Assembly: GCA_963775255.1 (NCBI GenBank)
Contig: CAVZIA010000012.1
Location: 15,919 to 79,918, forward strand
Direction of reading: 5' to 3'
From: an uncultured Thermoleophilia bacterium
GTDB lineage: Bacteria; Actinomycetota; Thermoleophilia; UBA2241
DNA length: 64,000 bases
Each line of letters opens with the position of its first letter. The stretch's first letter is position 1. The position numbers and the translations under genes were made by a program. Below the pieces are notes generated by a model, which saw only the letters and a program-made list of their open reading frames with translations, had not been told where the DNA came from and did not search any database. Shown piece after piece: positions 10,128 to 20,002 of the stretch.

Positions 10128-10297
10128 TGGTTGACCGGCGCGGCCGAGTCAACCGACGGTGCGCCGAAGGTGTGCCGTCTTCAGCGGCAGCGGACCGCCG
10201 GCGAGGGTCGTGAGTAGAGGGCCCGGGGGCCGAAGAGCCTCCGGGCCCCGGCACGTACGGCGCACCCGCCGGTCCAGCAGCGCCGGCCGAAGGGCGA

Positions 10298-10876
10298 TCA
10301 GGCGTTGAGCTTCTTGAGCGCCCAGGCCATGTTGCGGCCGAGCGTCACCATGGTCTGCATGCCCTCTTCGTCGTTCTCGACGTCGCCCTTGTCCAAGCCC
10401 ATGCCGAGGTTCCAGTAGCTGGACCCGATGAGGACCATCTCGTTGATCTGGAACCAGTGGTTGATGCTGTCGAAGGCGTGGATGGCGCCGCCGCGCCTGG
10501 CGGCGACCACGGCCGCGCCCACCTTGCGCGCCAGCGGGTTGCCGCTTTTGCGCGTCGCGTAGCCGGCACGTTCCATGAGCGCCTGAGTGTTCGCCGTGCA
10601 GTTCGCGTAATACGTCGGCGAGGCGATGATGATGCCGTCCGCCTGGACCATCCTGGCGATGCACTCGTTCATGCCGTCGTCCGGCTGGCCCGAGCAGGTG
10701 CTGTCCTGGGTCTCGGCGCACTTGAGACAGGCGGTGCAGCCCCTGAACCCCTTGTTGTAGAGCTGGATCAGCTCGCTCTCGATACCTTCGGCCTCGAGCT
10801 CGGCGAACACCGTGCGCACCAGCGTAGCCGTGTTACCGTCCTTGCGCGCGCTGCCACTGAACGCCACCACCTTCAT
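10298..10876 (-). CDS. Flavodoxin-like iron-sulfur flavoprotein (NADPH-dependent FMN reductase family)
   Basis: FSGSARKDGNT, CTACLKC-x6-C, ASPTYY, RRGGA, GSSYWN. Confidence 0.9.
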   Translation of the reverse strand: MKVVAFSGSARKDGNTATLVRTVFAELEAEGIESELIQLYNKGFRGCTACLKCAETQDSTCSGQPDDGMNECIARMVQADGIIIASPTYYANCTANTQALMERAGYATRKSGNPLARKVGAAVVAARRGGAIHAFDSINHWFQINEMVLIGSSYWNLGMGLDKGDVENDEEGMQTMVTLGRNMAWALKKLNA

Positions 10877-10879
10877 CCC

Positions 10880-11458
10880 TCAGTCTCCTTCCAGCACTTC
10901 GAGCGCCCGCTTGAGGTCGGTCATGTGCCGCTGCGCCTCGCGGGCCGTGCACGACACGCCCGGCAGCGGCACCGCGAACACGCGGCGGCCGAACGTCCGC
11001 GACAGGTCGTCGTTGAACCCGTAGCCGCTCGCGTGCTCCCAGCCGAACGAGAAGCGCAGCACCCGGTCGAGCGCGCCCTTGTAGACGAACACCAGGATAC
11101 GCGGCCGCACCCGCGAGACGATGTCCGAGACGCGCTGCCAGCCGTCCTCGTACTCGCCGCGGGCGGGCTCGTCGCCGAACGGCCGCGGCGTCTTGCAGAT
11201 GTCGGTGACGCCGAAGCCGGCGTCGAGGAGCGCGTCGTCGGCGTAGCCGCCGGCCGGCGTACTCAGGATGCCGGCGTCGCCGAGGCGTTTCCACAGACCG
11301 CGGCCCGCCTTGCCTTCGAAGTAGTGGCCGACCTCGATGCTGGCCGGCGAGGGCGTCTTGCCCAGGAACAGGGCGCGCAGCTCGCCGCGCTCAGGCAGGA
11401 TATCGGCGAGCGTCGGCACAAGCTCTCCTCGGACCTCGATCTCGGTGAGGTGCGTCAC
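10880..11458 (-). CDS. Uracil-DNA glycosylase superfamily protein (MUG-like)
   Basis: TLADILP..LRALFLGKTPS..S...GHYF, GFGVTD; overlaps the upstream gene's stop. Confidence 0.7.
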   Translation of the reverse strand: MTHLTEIEVRGELVPTLADILPERGELRALFLGKTPSPASIEVGHYFEGKAGRGLWKRLGDAGILSTPAGGYADDALLDAGFGVTDICKTPRPFGDEPARGEYEDGWQRVSDIVSRVRPRILVFVYKGALDRVLRFSFGWEHASGYGFNDDLSRTFGRRVFAVPLPGVSCTAREAQRHMTDLKRALEVLEGD

Positions 11459-12849
11459 GAGCCGGCCTCCGCGTTCGTGAACCTGTGCGCCACGCGAACA
11501 AGGGCCAGGGTGTCCAGGCCGCAGTACTCGAGCAGCGAGCGCCGCAGCATCTCGCGGCGCTCGTCCGTCGTCTCCGGGTCGATCGCCTCGTGGTACGCCG
11601 CTTGCGCCGAGAGTCCGTCCTGGACCTCTTCAAGCAAGGCGTGATCGAGCTCCGCGTCCACAGTGGGCAGCACCGTCTTCAGCGAGTACGAGCCGCGCAG
11701 CGCCGGGTGGTCGTAGTGGTCACGAGTGAGGCGCAGCAGATCGACCAGCCGGTCCGTCGCGGCATTCAGCCGCGGCGCGAGGTCCGGCAGCATGGCCGCC
11801 ATCTCCATCAGACGCCACTTCTCGAAGTCGTGATACACGAAGATGGGTCCGCGGTCGCCGAGTGCGTCGAGCAGCGACTCGGCGGCGGCGCGCACGGGCG
11901 CCTGGCCACTCGTGTCCAGGAACTCCCGGTGAGTCACCACGCCGGGCGTCTGCTCGACGTGGCACGACCACTGGAACACCACCTGCTGGTATGGGCTTGT
12001 GCCGGCCCAGACCGGCAGCGCGAACTGCACAGTCTCGAAGTCGAGGTAGTACCGCGGGTACGGCAGCGTCTCGAGGAACGCGGTGGCCGCGGGGTCGAGC
12101 CGACCGAGCGCGGGGTCTGGCGGGAGCGCGCACTCGCCATCGGCGTCGCGCTCCTCGTCCGGCGCGCAGCGCACCTTGCCCTCCTGCCCCTCGCAGAACG
12201 CGACGAACGGGCACTCGAACGGCCGTCGGCACTGCGGTCCGGTGCGCAGGACCGGCAGCGGTCCGGCCAGAAGCTCGCTGAAGCCGCGCACCCAGCCGGG
12301 GATGTGCGCCATGACCGGCCGTGCCTGATCGGCGACGGGGATCTCGCGCAGCAGACCGCGGTAGTCACCGTCGCCTGGGTACACGAAGCTCGTGTCGACG
12401 ACGGCCACGCTGAGCCCGTCCAGCGGTACTCCCGCTCCCTCCGTCACCCAGCCCTGGATTGCGATGTCCTGCAGGTGGTACTCCTTGAGCCGCGTGGCCG
12501 ACTTGACCTCTACCATGCGGCAGCGGCCGGCGCGCCGCTCGAGGATGTCGGCGCGGATCAGTACACCCTTGTGGCGGAAGGTGGCCTCGTACAGAGTGAC
12601 GTCGCCGGGCCGGGCGAGCGACTCCTCGGTCTCGAGGAGGGCCTGGCTCAGAGGCGCGCCTTCTCCGATCAGTACGCCGCCCGGGTAGAGCTCGCGGGCG
12701 ACCTCGCCGACGCCGTTGCCGGCGGCGAAACGCCGCTGTGTGTCCAGGCTGTACTCCTCGAGCTCCGGGCGATGCACGGCCAGCCACAGCCGCTTGCCGC
12801 ACTGCAGCCCGGCGTTCATACGTGACTTGGAGAGGCGGAAGGTACGCAC
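11455..12849 (-). CDS. DUF2779-domain protein (PD-(D/E)xK-like N-terminus, RNase H-like C-terminus)
   Basis: LSKSR..GLQC.KRLW, ADIL..VEVKS, YYLDFET, PYQQ..FQWS.H, GSYSLK.VLP, YCGLDT. Confidence 0.8.
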   Translation of the reverse strand: MRTFRLSKSRMNAGLQCGKRLWLAVHRPELEEYSLDTQRRFAAGNGVGEVARELYPGGVLIGEGAPLSQALLETEESLARPGDVTLYEATFRHKGVLIRADILERRAGRCRMVEVKSATRLKEYHLQDIAIQGWVTEGAGVPLDGLSVAVVDTSFVYPGDGDYRGLLREIPVADQARPVMAHIPGWVRGFSELLAGPLPVLRTGPQCRRPFECPFVAFCEGQEGKVRCAPDEERDADGECALPPDPALGRLDPAATAFLETLPYPRYYLDFETVQFALPVWAGTSPYQQVVFQWSCHVEQTPGVVTHREFLDTSGQAPVRAAAESLLDALGDRGPIFVYHDFEKWRLMEMAAMLPDLAPRLNAATDRLVDLLRLTRDHYDHPALRGSYSLKTVLPTVDAELDHALLEEVQDGLSAQAAYHEAIDPETTDERREMLRRSLLEYCGLDTLALVRVAHRFTNAEAGS

Positions 12850-12935
12850 TGCCTCCCATTGTATCCTGCCGGCCGGTACGGAGCGTCCGTAGCGGCGCCG
12901 CGTCGCGTCTGCCCGGCGAAGAGTACACTCGGTCC

Positions 12936-13100
12936 ATGTACGCGTACCGTCGTCACATGGCTCTCGTCCTCACACTCATCGCCCTCGCGGCGGTCGTCCT
13001 GTTCGCGCTTGGCCTGGTCTTGTGCATCGACTGGGGCGGCGCGAGCGCATCGCCGCGGGACTTCGGCATGCCGGCGTCGCTCGTCCTCAGCCTCTTCTGA
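12936..13100 (+). CDS. Small 54-aa membrane protein, probably leaderless
   Basis: TACACT-N6-ATG; one hydrophobic helix. Confidence 0.45.
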   Translation: MYAYRRHMALVLTLIALAAVVLFALGLVLCIDWGGASASPRDFGMPASLVLSLF

Positions 13101-13322
13101 CACTCTGGAGGGGCGCGGACATGTGCGGCGCCCAGCCTATGTCGGGAAGTTCTGAGCGCGTCACGCGCAGCGTGGCCGGGCCGGCGGCGTGGCCGCTCAC
13201 TTGGCGGTCACCTTGAGCCCCGCCGGCAGCCGGGCGTGAAAGATGTCGCTGGCGCTCCCCGTGACGACGCGCTTCATGCGCGTAGAATCGGCCCCAGCCT
13301 GCACCGCGACCCTGGAGGACTC

Positions 13323-14069
13323 ATGGGCGCCGAACACGTCACTCTGCCGGACCCCTCGCGCCTGCTGCGCGAGCTCGACCTGCGCACACCGGTCATCGGC
13401 CTCTACGATGCGCCTGATCCGGAGGCGTTCGCGCCGCTGGTGGCCCCACCCAAGGGGCCGGGCCGCGGACCGTGTCTGTTCAACTACTACAAGCGGTGGG
13501 CCAAGGGCGATACCTTGCACCTCACCGCCGACGCCTTCGGCTGCGGCGGCTGCGGACGCTCGCTCTTCGGCGTGCAGGTGCGCGAGCGTGACGACTTCAT
13601 CGACTTCCTCTGGAGGGACGAGGGACTGCGCGCCAGCCGTGAGCTCATGGCCGGCTGGGTGGACCACGCGCCGACCTACCACCCCGAGCACCCCAACGTC
13701 ATGGTCGGGCCGCTGAAGCCGGAGCTGGCACGCTACCTCAAGACCATCACCTTCTGGGTCAACGCCGATCAGCTCTGCGTGTTGCAGCACGGCGCGTACC
13801 ACCACCACGCCTGGGGCGAGCCCGACCCGGTGAGCGTGCCGTTCGGGTCGGGCTGCTCCGAGCTCGTACAGTTCCAGGACCTCGACGCCGCGCACGCCTT
13901 CATCGGAGGCACGGACATCGCCATGCGCGACGGCCTGCCGCGGGAGGTGCTCGCCTTCACCGTCACGTTGCCGATGTACGAGCGGCTCTGCTCTCTGGGC
14001 GACGACAGCTACTTCGGCAAGGGGTTCCTCGGCCGACTGCGCAAGGCGCGCGGCGGCTCCCTGGCGTGA
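13323..14069 (+). CDS. DUF169 family protein
   Basis: GGAGG RBS; FGCGG, PFGSGC, IGGTDIAMR, LAFTVT. Confidence 0.75.
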   Translation: MGAEHVTLPDPSRLLRELDLRTPVIGLYDAPDPEAFAPLVAPPKGPGRGPCLFNYYKRWAKGDTLHLTADAFGCGGCGRSLFGVQVRERDDFIDFLWRDEGLRASRELMAGWVDHAPTYHPEHPNVMVGPLKPELARYLKTITFWVNADQLCVLQHGAYHHHAWGEPDPVSVPFGSGCSELVQFQDLDAAHAFIGGTDIAMRDGLPREVLAFTVTLPMYERLCSLGDDSYFGKGFLGRLRKARGGSLA

Positions 14070-14107
14070 GCGTCTGAACGTCCGGGAGCGCGGGCTCGGA
14101 CGCCCGC

Positions 14108-14938
14108 TCAGCCGCCCGGCGCCGTGACCACCCACGCCGTCGCGGCGTCCACGACCGTGAACCCATGCCGGCGGTACAGCGGCTGTCCCGCCTCGCTGGC
14201 CGTAAGATAGAACGCCCGCGTCTGCGGCCGGTACAGGTCGAGCACGCGGGCCAGAAGGAACCCGCCGATGCCGCGACCCTGCAGGTCGGGAAGTGTGGCC
14301 ATCCCCGAGATGCCGGCCAGGCCCTCGTCGGAGACGACGCACACCGCGGACACCGGCGCGTCCTCGAGCCGGCAGAGGTACACACCAAAGGCCGGATCGG
14401 CCAGGAGATCCATCGTCACGACCCGGCCGTAGAGCTCAGCCGGAAGGTCGAAAGCGGCCTCGCTGACGGCGAGGAACTCTGCGAGAGGGTCCGCCGTGTG
14501 GACGCGCTCGACCGAGAACGCGCCCGGGTCGAGCGCCGAACGGATGTCCCGCGTCGCCTCCTGCGCGTCCACAGGCGACGCGAGGTCCGCGGCGCGCGCC
14601 ATGAGCGGGATCGGCGGGAGCGGCTCGAGACCGAGCTCGCGGGCGAGCGGCTCGAGCCGCCGCTGGATCGACTCGCTGAAGCAGATGTAGCCGCCGACGC
14701 CCCGCCCGCGGATGCGCGCCACGAACTCGCGCAAGCGCCCTTCGGCGGGATCGTCGCCGCCGGCGCCGTCGCCGAAGACGACGCCGCAGTTGAGGAACAC
14801 GCTTCCCAGCCCGCTGCAGCCGAGGATCGCAGAGGGAGCGACGACGCAGTCGGCGCCGGGCCTGCGGCCGTAGAACCGCACGACCATGCGGCCCAAACCA
14901 CGGTAGAACTCCTCGACGGTCGGCTGCGTCTGCGTCAT
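14108..14938 (-). CDS. GNAT family N-acetyltransferase
   Basis: Acetyl-CoA motif ATLPDLQGRGIG; ASEAGQPLYRRHGF. Confidence 0.88.
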   Translation of the reverse strand: MTQTQPTVEEFYRGLGRMVVRFYGRRPGADCVVAPSAILGCSGLGSVFLNCGVVFGDGAGGDDPAEGRLREFVARIRGRGVGGYICFSESIQRRLEPLARELGLEPLPPIPLMARAADLASPVDAQEATRDIRSALDPGAFSVERVHTADPLAEFLAVSEAAFDLPAELYGRVVTMDLLADPAFGVYLCRLEDAPVSAVCVVSDEGLAGISGMATLPDLQGRGIGGFLLARVLDLYRPQTRAFYLTASEAGQPLYRRHGFTVVDAATAWVVTAPGG

Positions 14939-15027
14939 GACCTCTCCCAAACGTACCCGGTGTGGCGCAGAACGTCCCTCGGCTGCCGGCCGTAGGCGCC
15001 GCGGGGTCTGTCGGCTACTATACGGCT

Positions 15028-15324
15028 GTGACCTCCCGAGAGGCGCTCCGCCGCCTGAACCGCAACCGCGAGAAGCTGCGCACCCATCACGTGCGCCACA
15101 TCGCCGTCTTCGGCTCCACCGCGCGCGACCAGGCGACCGTGCACAGCGACGTCGACCTTCTCGTGGAGTTCGAGCCCGGCGCGCCCGTCGGCCTCTTCGC
15201 CTTCGTGCGCCTCCTCGACTTCCTCTCGAACGTCATGGACACGCGCATCGACCTCGCCACCCCCGGCGCGCTGCGTCCGGAGATGCGCGACGAGATCGTC
15301 GCGGAGGCCGTGCGTGTCTTCTGA
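15028..15324 (+). CDS. Minimal nucleotidyltransferase (MNT) antitoxin
   Basis: FGSTAR-x6-SDVDLLVEF; about 98 aa; TACTAT-N6-GTG start. Confidence 0.88.
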   Translation: MTSREALRRLNRNREKLRTHHVRHIAVFGSTARDQATVHSDVDLLVEFEPGAPVGLFAFVRLLDFLSNVMDTRIDLATPGALRPEMRDEIVAEAVRVF

Positions 15325-15706
15325 GCGCCGCCACGGTGAGCCGGGGTACGTCGAGCGCCAGGCCAAGCTGCGCTTCCGCGACTGGCGCTTCCGCGTGCGG
15401 GACATCCTCGCGGCGGTGCGCGCCGTGGCCGCCTACACGGAGGGTATGACCTTCGAGGATTTCGTCGCCGACGGCCGCACCCGTGACGCTGTGGTGCGCA
15501 ACCTCCTGACCCTGGGCGAGTCGGTGCGCTGGATCCCCGACGTGATTCTGGAGGCGCACCCCGCGGTGCCGTGGCGCACCATGCGCGGGGTGCGCAACGT
15601 GGTCGTGCACGAGTACTTCGGCGTCGACGACGCCATCCTGTGGCAGACGGTACAGGGCGACCTGCCGCCGCTGGCGCCGCTGCTCGAGGCCGTCCTCGAG
15701 TCCTGA
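15314..15706 (+). CDS. HEPN (DUF86/HepT-like) ribonuclease toxin
   Basis: RxxxxH motif RNVVVHEYFGVD; overlaps the MNT gene. Confidence 0.88.
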   Translation: MSSERRHGEPGYVERQAKLRFRDWRFRVRDILAAVRAVAAYTEGMTFEDFVADGRTRDAVVRNLLTLGESVRWIPDVILEAHPAVPWRTMRGVRNVVVHEYFGVDDAILWQTVQGDLPPLAPLLEAVLES

Positions 15707-15783
15707 GAACGACGGAGGGGCGGCGGCGAGCACCTGCGTGCCCGCCGCCGCCCCCGGACTTCTCGCCCGCCTGTAGCGGTCTC

Positions 15784-16413
15784 CTACTTGAGCACCGGCA
15801 GGATGTCGGTGTTGAAGATGACCTTCGTCATGTCGAGATGGATGCCGATCACGCTGAAGACGGCTGCTTCGCCCTCGGCGGTCAGCTTGAACTGCACGCC
15901 GTTGATCCGATACGACTTGCCCCTGTGCGTGATCTTGGTGGCGTGGGTCGAGGTGGCCAACGTGACCCGGTCGTACGTCGTGCTGACGCCCAGCGTCGCC
16001 GCCTCGGCGTAGCTCACCGACATCGCATAGCTGTTCTTGCCGCTGGCGATGATCCGGATCCCCTCGGCGCGGAACAGGTTGTCCGGCGTGCCGCTCGGGT
16101 CCACGATACGGATCGACCCTTTGTGGAAGAACGTCCCCTTGCCTGTGGAAGCGTTCCAGGTGCCACCGGTCTTCATCGGCACGCGGAGCCAGAAGTACTC
16201 GTTACCTTTGGCGTTGAACTTGACCTTCATCGTCGCAGGGCTGACCGGCGCCACGTCGACGCCCTTGGCCGCAAGCTCCGCCGTGAACGTGGGACCGACG
16301 GTCAACTGCGAACTGCCCGATTTGACCGTCGCCGCCTGTGCCGGTACCGCTATCACGAGCACCGCGATGGCCACCGCGAGCGCGAGCAGCGCAAGACGTC
16401 TCCGAGTTCCCAT
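15784..16413 (-). CDS. Secreted beta-rich hypothetical protein (possibly HtaA-like)
   Basis: GGAGG RBS; signal peptide ending AQA; G-x3-H-x-G motif (GTFFHKG). Confidence 0.65.
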   Translation of the reverse strand: MGTRRRLALLALAVAIAVLVIAVPAQAATVKSGSSQLTVGPTFTAELAAKGVDVAPVSPATMKVKFNAKGNEYFWLRVPMKTGGTWNASTGKGTFFHKGSIRIVDPSGTPDNLFRAEGIRIIASGKNSYAMSVSYAEAATLGVSTTYDRVTLATSTHATKITHRGKSYRINGVQFKLTAEGEAAVFSVIGIHLDMTKVIFNTDILPVLK

Positions 16414-16536
16414 GTGCAACCTCCCATTGCCTGTGCCGGCAGGTCCCTGCTGTCCGGCCATTTGCGGGTTCTTCACCGTATTTTGGACGTACTGCCACCG
16501 GCAGAGTCTCACCCCCGTACGCCTTGTTCAGGGGAA

Positions 16537-16564
16537 CAATCGGCTGCGGAACGCCCAATCTTGA
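16537..16564 (-). promoter_or_regulatory. Sigma28-like promoter
   Basis: Minus strand TCAA-N16-GCCGATTG upstream of the gene at 16413. Confidence 0.45.
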
Positions 16565-16603
16565 GCTCCGCGCCCCCGCGCCACCGCCCGCCTCACCCTG
16601 CCC

Positions 16604-17647
16604 GTGTACAATCGGCCCTCGATGCAGCAAGCGCCCCCACAGCAACAGGTCGGCTACGCGAGCCTCGGCATGCGCTTCGCGGCCGTCCTGGTCGACACGC
16701 TGGTGCTGTTCGGCCTGCTCATCCTCGCCGTGACCGTGTACGTCGCCGTGCTCGCCGGCCAGGGCAAGGTCAACCCCAGCGACCCCGCCGCCGCGCAGGA
16801 GCTGAGCCGGCAGATCGCCGGCTCCGGCGCTCAGATCGACTTCCTCTTCTTCGCGGCGCTGTTTCTCTACTACGCGGTCCTCGAGGCCATCTTCAGCGCC
16901 AGCGTCGGCAAGCTCGTGTTCGGCATGCGCGTGGTGATGCGCGACGGCTCTCGCGCCACCGGCCTGGCCGTGGTGATCCGCAACCTTGTGCGCATCCCGG
17001 AGGCGATGCTCCTGTACGTCCCCGCCGCGGTCTCCTACGTGGCGAGTCCGCAGCGCCAGCGGCTCGGGGACCACGCGGCGCGTACCGTCGTGATCCGCAG
17101 AGGTGCGGCACCCGTTGCCTACAGCGCGCCGCCGGCGCCGCCGTTCGCCCCACCCGGACGCTCCGCTGCCGGCGCGCCCCAGGGCGGCGTGCAGGCCCCG
17201 ACGCCGCCGCCCGCGACTCCGGAGGCCGCCCGTCCGAATCCCGCCGTGCCGGACGTCCCGCCGGAGCCGCAAGCACCCAGTCCGGAACAGGCGCTCGCAC
17301 GCCTCAAGCAGGCCGCGCTCGCCACGCGAGGAGCGCATCTGGCTTACCTGCACTTCTCCGAGCGCGAGCTCGCCGCCGGCGCCGACCAGCAAGCCGGCGG
17401 CTATTCGGAGGAGTACGTGAGCGCGTGGTTCACGCTGGCCGACGCGGTGACGGGGCTCAGGGAGGCGCGCGCCGATCTCGACCGCGCGGCTGCGGCGTCG
17501 GGGCAGACCCTCGAACAGGCCGTGGACGCGCAGCCCGATCTCGTGCACCTGCTCGCGGGACTGGCGCCGTACTTCACGGCCGCAGGGGACGAGGGGATAC
17601 ACGAGGCGTTTCTCGAGGCGGCGCGCGCGGAGGCGTCGGGAGCGTAA
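16604..17647 (+). CDS. RDD family membrane protein with a Pro-rich linker and a helical C-terminal domain
   Basis: YASLGMRFAAVLVD, SVGKLVFGMRVV, QRLGDHAART; the start may be the ATG at 16622. Confidence 0.82.
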   Translation: MYNRPSMQQAPPQQQVGYASLGMRFAAVLVDTLVLFGLLILAVTVYVAVLAGQGKVNPSDPAAAQELSRQIAGSGAQIDFLFFAALFLYYAVLEAIFSASVGKLVFGMRVVMRDGSRATGLAVVIRNLVRIPEAMLLYVPAAVSYVASPQRQRLGDHAARTVVIRRGAAPVAYSAPPAPPFAPPGRSAAGAPQGGVQAPTPPPATPEAARPNPAVPDVPPEPQAPSPEQALARLKQAALATRGAHLAYLHFSERELAAGADQQAGGYSEEYVSAWFTLADAVTGLREARADLDRAAAASGQTLEQAVDAQPDLVHLLAGLAPYFTAAGDEGIHEAFLEAARAEASGA

Positions 17648-17729
17648 GACGTGGTGATGGACGGCGAAGGGGGACACCGTCCATGCACCAGGGGGCTTGA
17701 TTACACGGCGCTGCGCGGCAGAGTCTGCG

Positions 17730-18389
17730 TCAGCGGATCACGAGTCTGGCGGTCGTCTGCTTCACCTGGGAGCGGCCGGCGAGGTCGGTGGCCTGCACAG
17801 CCCACGTGTACGAACCCTTGGGGAGCCTGACCAGAGCGTACCCGCGGCCGGTGTGCACGCGCCCGAGTTCGATCCTCCTGGTCTGGCCCCCGCCCTTGAC
17901 GACCAGCGTCGCGTCCACGGACTTCGAGCCGGCGTCGCGAACGCTGAAGCGGAGGGCAGTCCGGCCGCCCGGGGCCGGGCGCGCGGAGCGCGCGACGGTC
18001 TGGGGGCCGGCGGTGTCCACGTCTATCGAGGTCGTCACGACGGGGCTCACGCCGCCGTCGACTGAGACGAAGCGCACCAGCAACTCCTTGCGCCCCGACG
18101 CCCCCCCGAGCACCCAACTCGCGGGATGCCCGGTGTAGGCCGCGGCGTACCAGGACTGGCCGTCGTCGGAGAACTGCACGGTGGTCACGGGAGACGCGTC
18201 GTTGCTGGCGTGGTTCACGACGTCCACGTTGAGAAGCGGCACCACGCCGGTGCCGAGAGGGTCGACGATGCTCGCCCGCACGTCGCTCCATGCGGCGAAC
18301 GCGCTCGCAGGGATCACCACCGTCAGGAGCAGCACTCCCGTCAGCAGCGCGAGAAGAGCACCCACTCTCGCCGTCGTCGCACCGCGCAT
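17730..18389 (-). CDS. Secreted hypothetical protein with Ig-like beta domains
   Basis: GAGGAGG RBS; signal peptide ending AFA; QFSDDG, VDTAGP, GSYTW.V.ATDLAG. Confidence 0.65.
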   Translation of the reverse strand: MRGATTARVGALLALLTGVLLLTVVIPASAFAAWSDVRASIVDPLGTGVVPLLNVDVVNHASNDASPVTTVQFSDDGQSWYAAAYTGHPASWVLGGASGRKELLVRFVSVDGGVSPVVTTSIDVDTAGPQTVARSARPAPGGRTALRFSVRDAGSKSVDATLVVKGGGQTRRIELGRVHTGRGYALVRLPKGSYTWAVQATDLAGRSQVKQTTARLVIR

Positions 18390-18636
18390 CACGACCTCCT
18401 CACGGGTCCGCCTCGCCTTCACCCAGGGACATCGGGCGAAACAGGGAGGCCCGGCATGAGCACTGATTCCCGACCTTCCGGGCAACTCTCCCCCTCCCAC
18501 GGGGTACGGTTCCCGGACCGTCTGGGCACGCCGCCCGTCGGCGCAAGCCGCCGAACTCAGCGGAGACCCGTGCGGCCGTAAAGTGGACGTCGGGGGTACC
18601 ATGAGTCTGGTGCACGAGGACAAGGAGGGGGCGCTC

Positions 18637-19707
18637 ATGACCAGGGGCTCGTCACACGCAAGTACGCGCATGCCAGGGATGCTCATCGCGGCAGTGGTCC
18701 TCGCGTGCGCGGCGGCCGTACTGCCGGCCGCCGCTACGGCCGCACCCGCGCCGTTCGTGGTCTGCAACCAGTTCGGCGGCCAGGCGGGACCGGACATCGC
18801 AGGAGCCATGACGGTCTGGACGGACAACCGCAACGGCAACCTCGATATCTACGGCAAGGACCTTAGCACCGGCAAGAACTACGCCGTCTGCACCAACCGG
18901 CAGCAGCAGGACAACCCATCGGTGACGCGCTACGTCACCGACTCGGGCAAGGTCCACTACGTCGCCGTGTGGGTCGACAAGCGCAATCACGCCGGCGGCG
19001 ACGCCAGCGACATCTACGGCCGCGACATCACCGGCAGGAGCAACTTCGTGGTCGCCCGCAACGCGACGGTCAAGCTCTACCCGGACATTTCCGGCAACTG
19101 GGTCGTGTGGATCGAGTCCGACGACCCGGCAGGGCCGTACCGCATCAAGGCGCGCGACCTGGCGACCGGGACGACCTACCTCGTCGCCACCAGCAAGGTG
19201 CTGAGCCCCGTCGCTGTGGACTGGCGCCGGCTGGCGTCGGGCAAGCTCGTTTACACCGCCGTGTACGCTTCGGCGAACGGCGACATCAGCGGGCGCAACC
19301 TGCCGGACGGCGACCCGTTCGTCATCTCCCAGAAGGCGACCTTCGAGTGGATGCCCGACATCAGCCACAACCGTGTGGTGTGGTGGGAGTCCGGCGGACG
19401 CATCCTGATGCGCGACCTCAAGACCAAGGTCCGCTCGTTCGTGCACAACGGCTCCCGGCCCAGGATCGACGGCCAGCTGGTGACCTGGGACGGCGGCGGC
19501 CACGGCGGCGAGTTCGTCATCTCCTACGTCGCCAGAGCCAGGATCTACGTGCGCAACGTCGCGCGCGGCACGGGCGCCGTCTCGCTCGGTGTGGCCAGGC
19601 AGACCAACCTCTTCCCCGCCATCAGCGGCCACCGTGTGGTGTGGGAGGCCGGGCCGGCGCTCCGCGTGCTCTCGCACATCCACATCTATGGGGCGCGTGT
19701 GCGCTGA
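18637..19707 (+). CDS. Secreted beta-propeller repeat protein (TIGR04275-like)
   Basis: AAGGAGG RBS; repeats of P.I.G..VVW and WTDNRNGNLDIYG. Confidence 0.78.
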   Translation: MTRGSSHASTRMPGMLIAAVVLACAAAVLPAAATAAPAPFVVCNQFGGQAGPDIAGAMTVWTDNRNGNLDIYGKDLSTGKNYAVCTNRQQQDNPSVTRYVTDSGKVHYVAVWVDKRNHAGGDASDIYGRDITGRSNFVVARNATVKLYPDISGNWVVWIESDDPAGPYRIKARDLATGTTYLVATSKVLSPVAVDWRRLASGKLVYTAVYASANGDISGRNLPDGDPFVISQKATFEWMPDISHNRVVWWESGGRILMRDLKTKVRSFVHNGSRPRIDGQLVTWDGGGHGGEFVISYVARARIYVRNVARGTGAVSLGVARQTNLFPAISGHRVVWEAGPALRVLSHIHIYGARVR

Positions 19708-19770
19708 CGGCTCCCCCTCGCGACGTCGACGGTTTCGCTACGCGCACTCGCGCCGATACAGATGGCGTAG

Positions 19771-19953
19771 GTGAGAACTCCGACCTGGGGTCCGCAGGTG
19801 GAACAACGCACACACACCCGTCAGACGACGGTGAAGGCATACGAGACGCCGGGGTTCGACCCGGCACTGGGGCTGTTGCTCGCGGTGATCCTCGTGCTTC
19901 TGGCGCTTGCGCTGGGGACCGGTCTGTTCCTGGTGCTGCCGGCGGCCCTCTGA
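19771..19953 (+). CDS. Small membrane protein
   Basis: Long hydrophobic C-terminus; start uncertain (19771 or 19831). Confidence 0.35.
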   Translation: MRTPTWGPQVEQRTHTRQTTVKAYETPGFDPALGLLLAVILVLLALALGTGLFLVLPAAL

Positions 19954-20002
19954 AGAGCATGGGCCGCCGGCGGTACCCGTCTCGCGTTCGCGCGAGAAGC
20001 GG

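Noticed and set aside
15028-15706. MNT-HEPN pair as a novel defence system
   Set aside because: It matches the well-known MntA/HepT-type toxin-antitoxin family.
19732-19759. Additional GCCGATAC sigma28-like -10 element
   Set aside because: No matching -35 element at the expected spacing.
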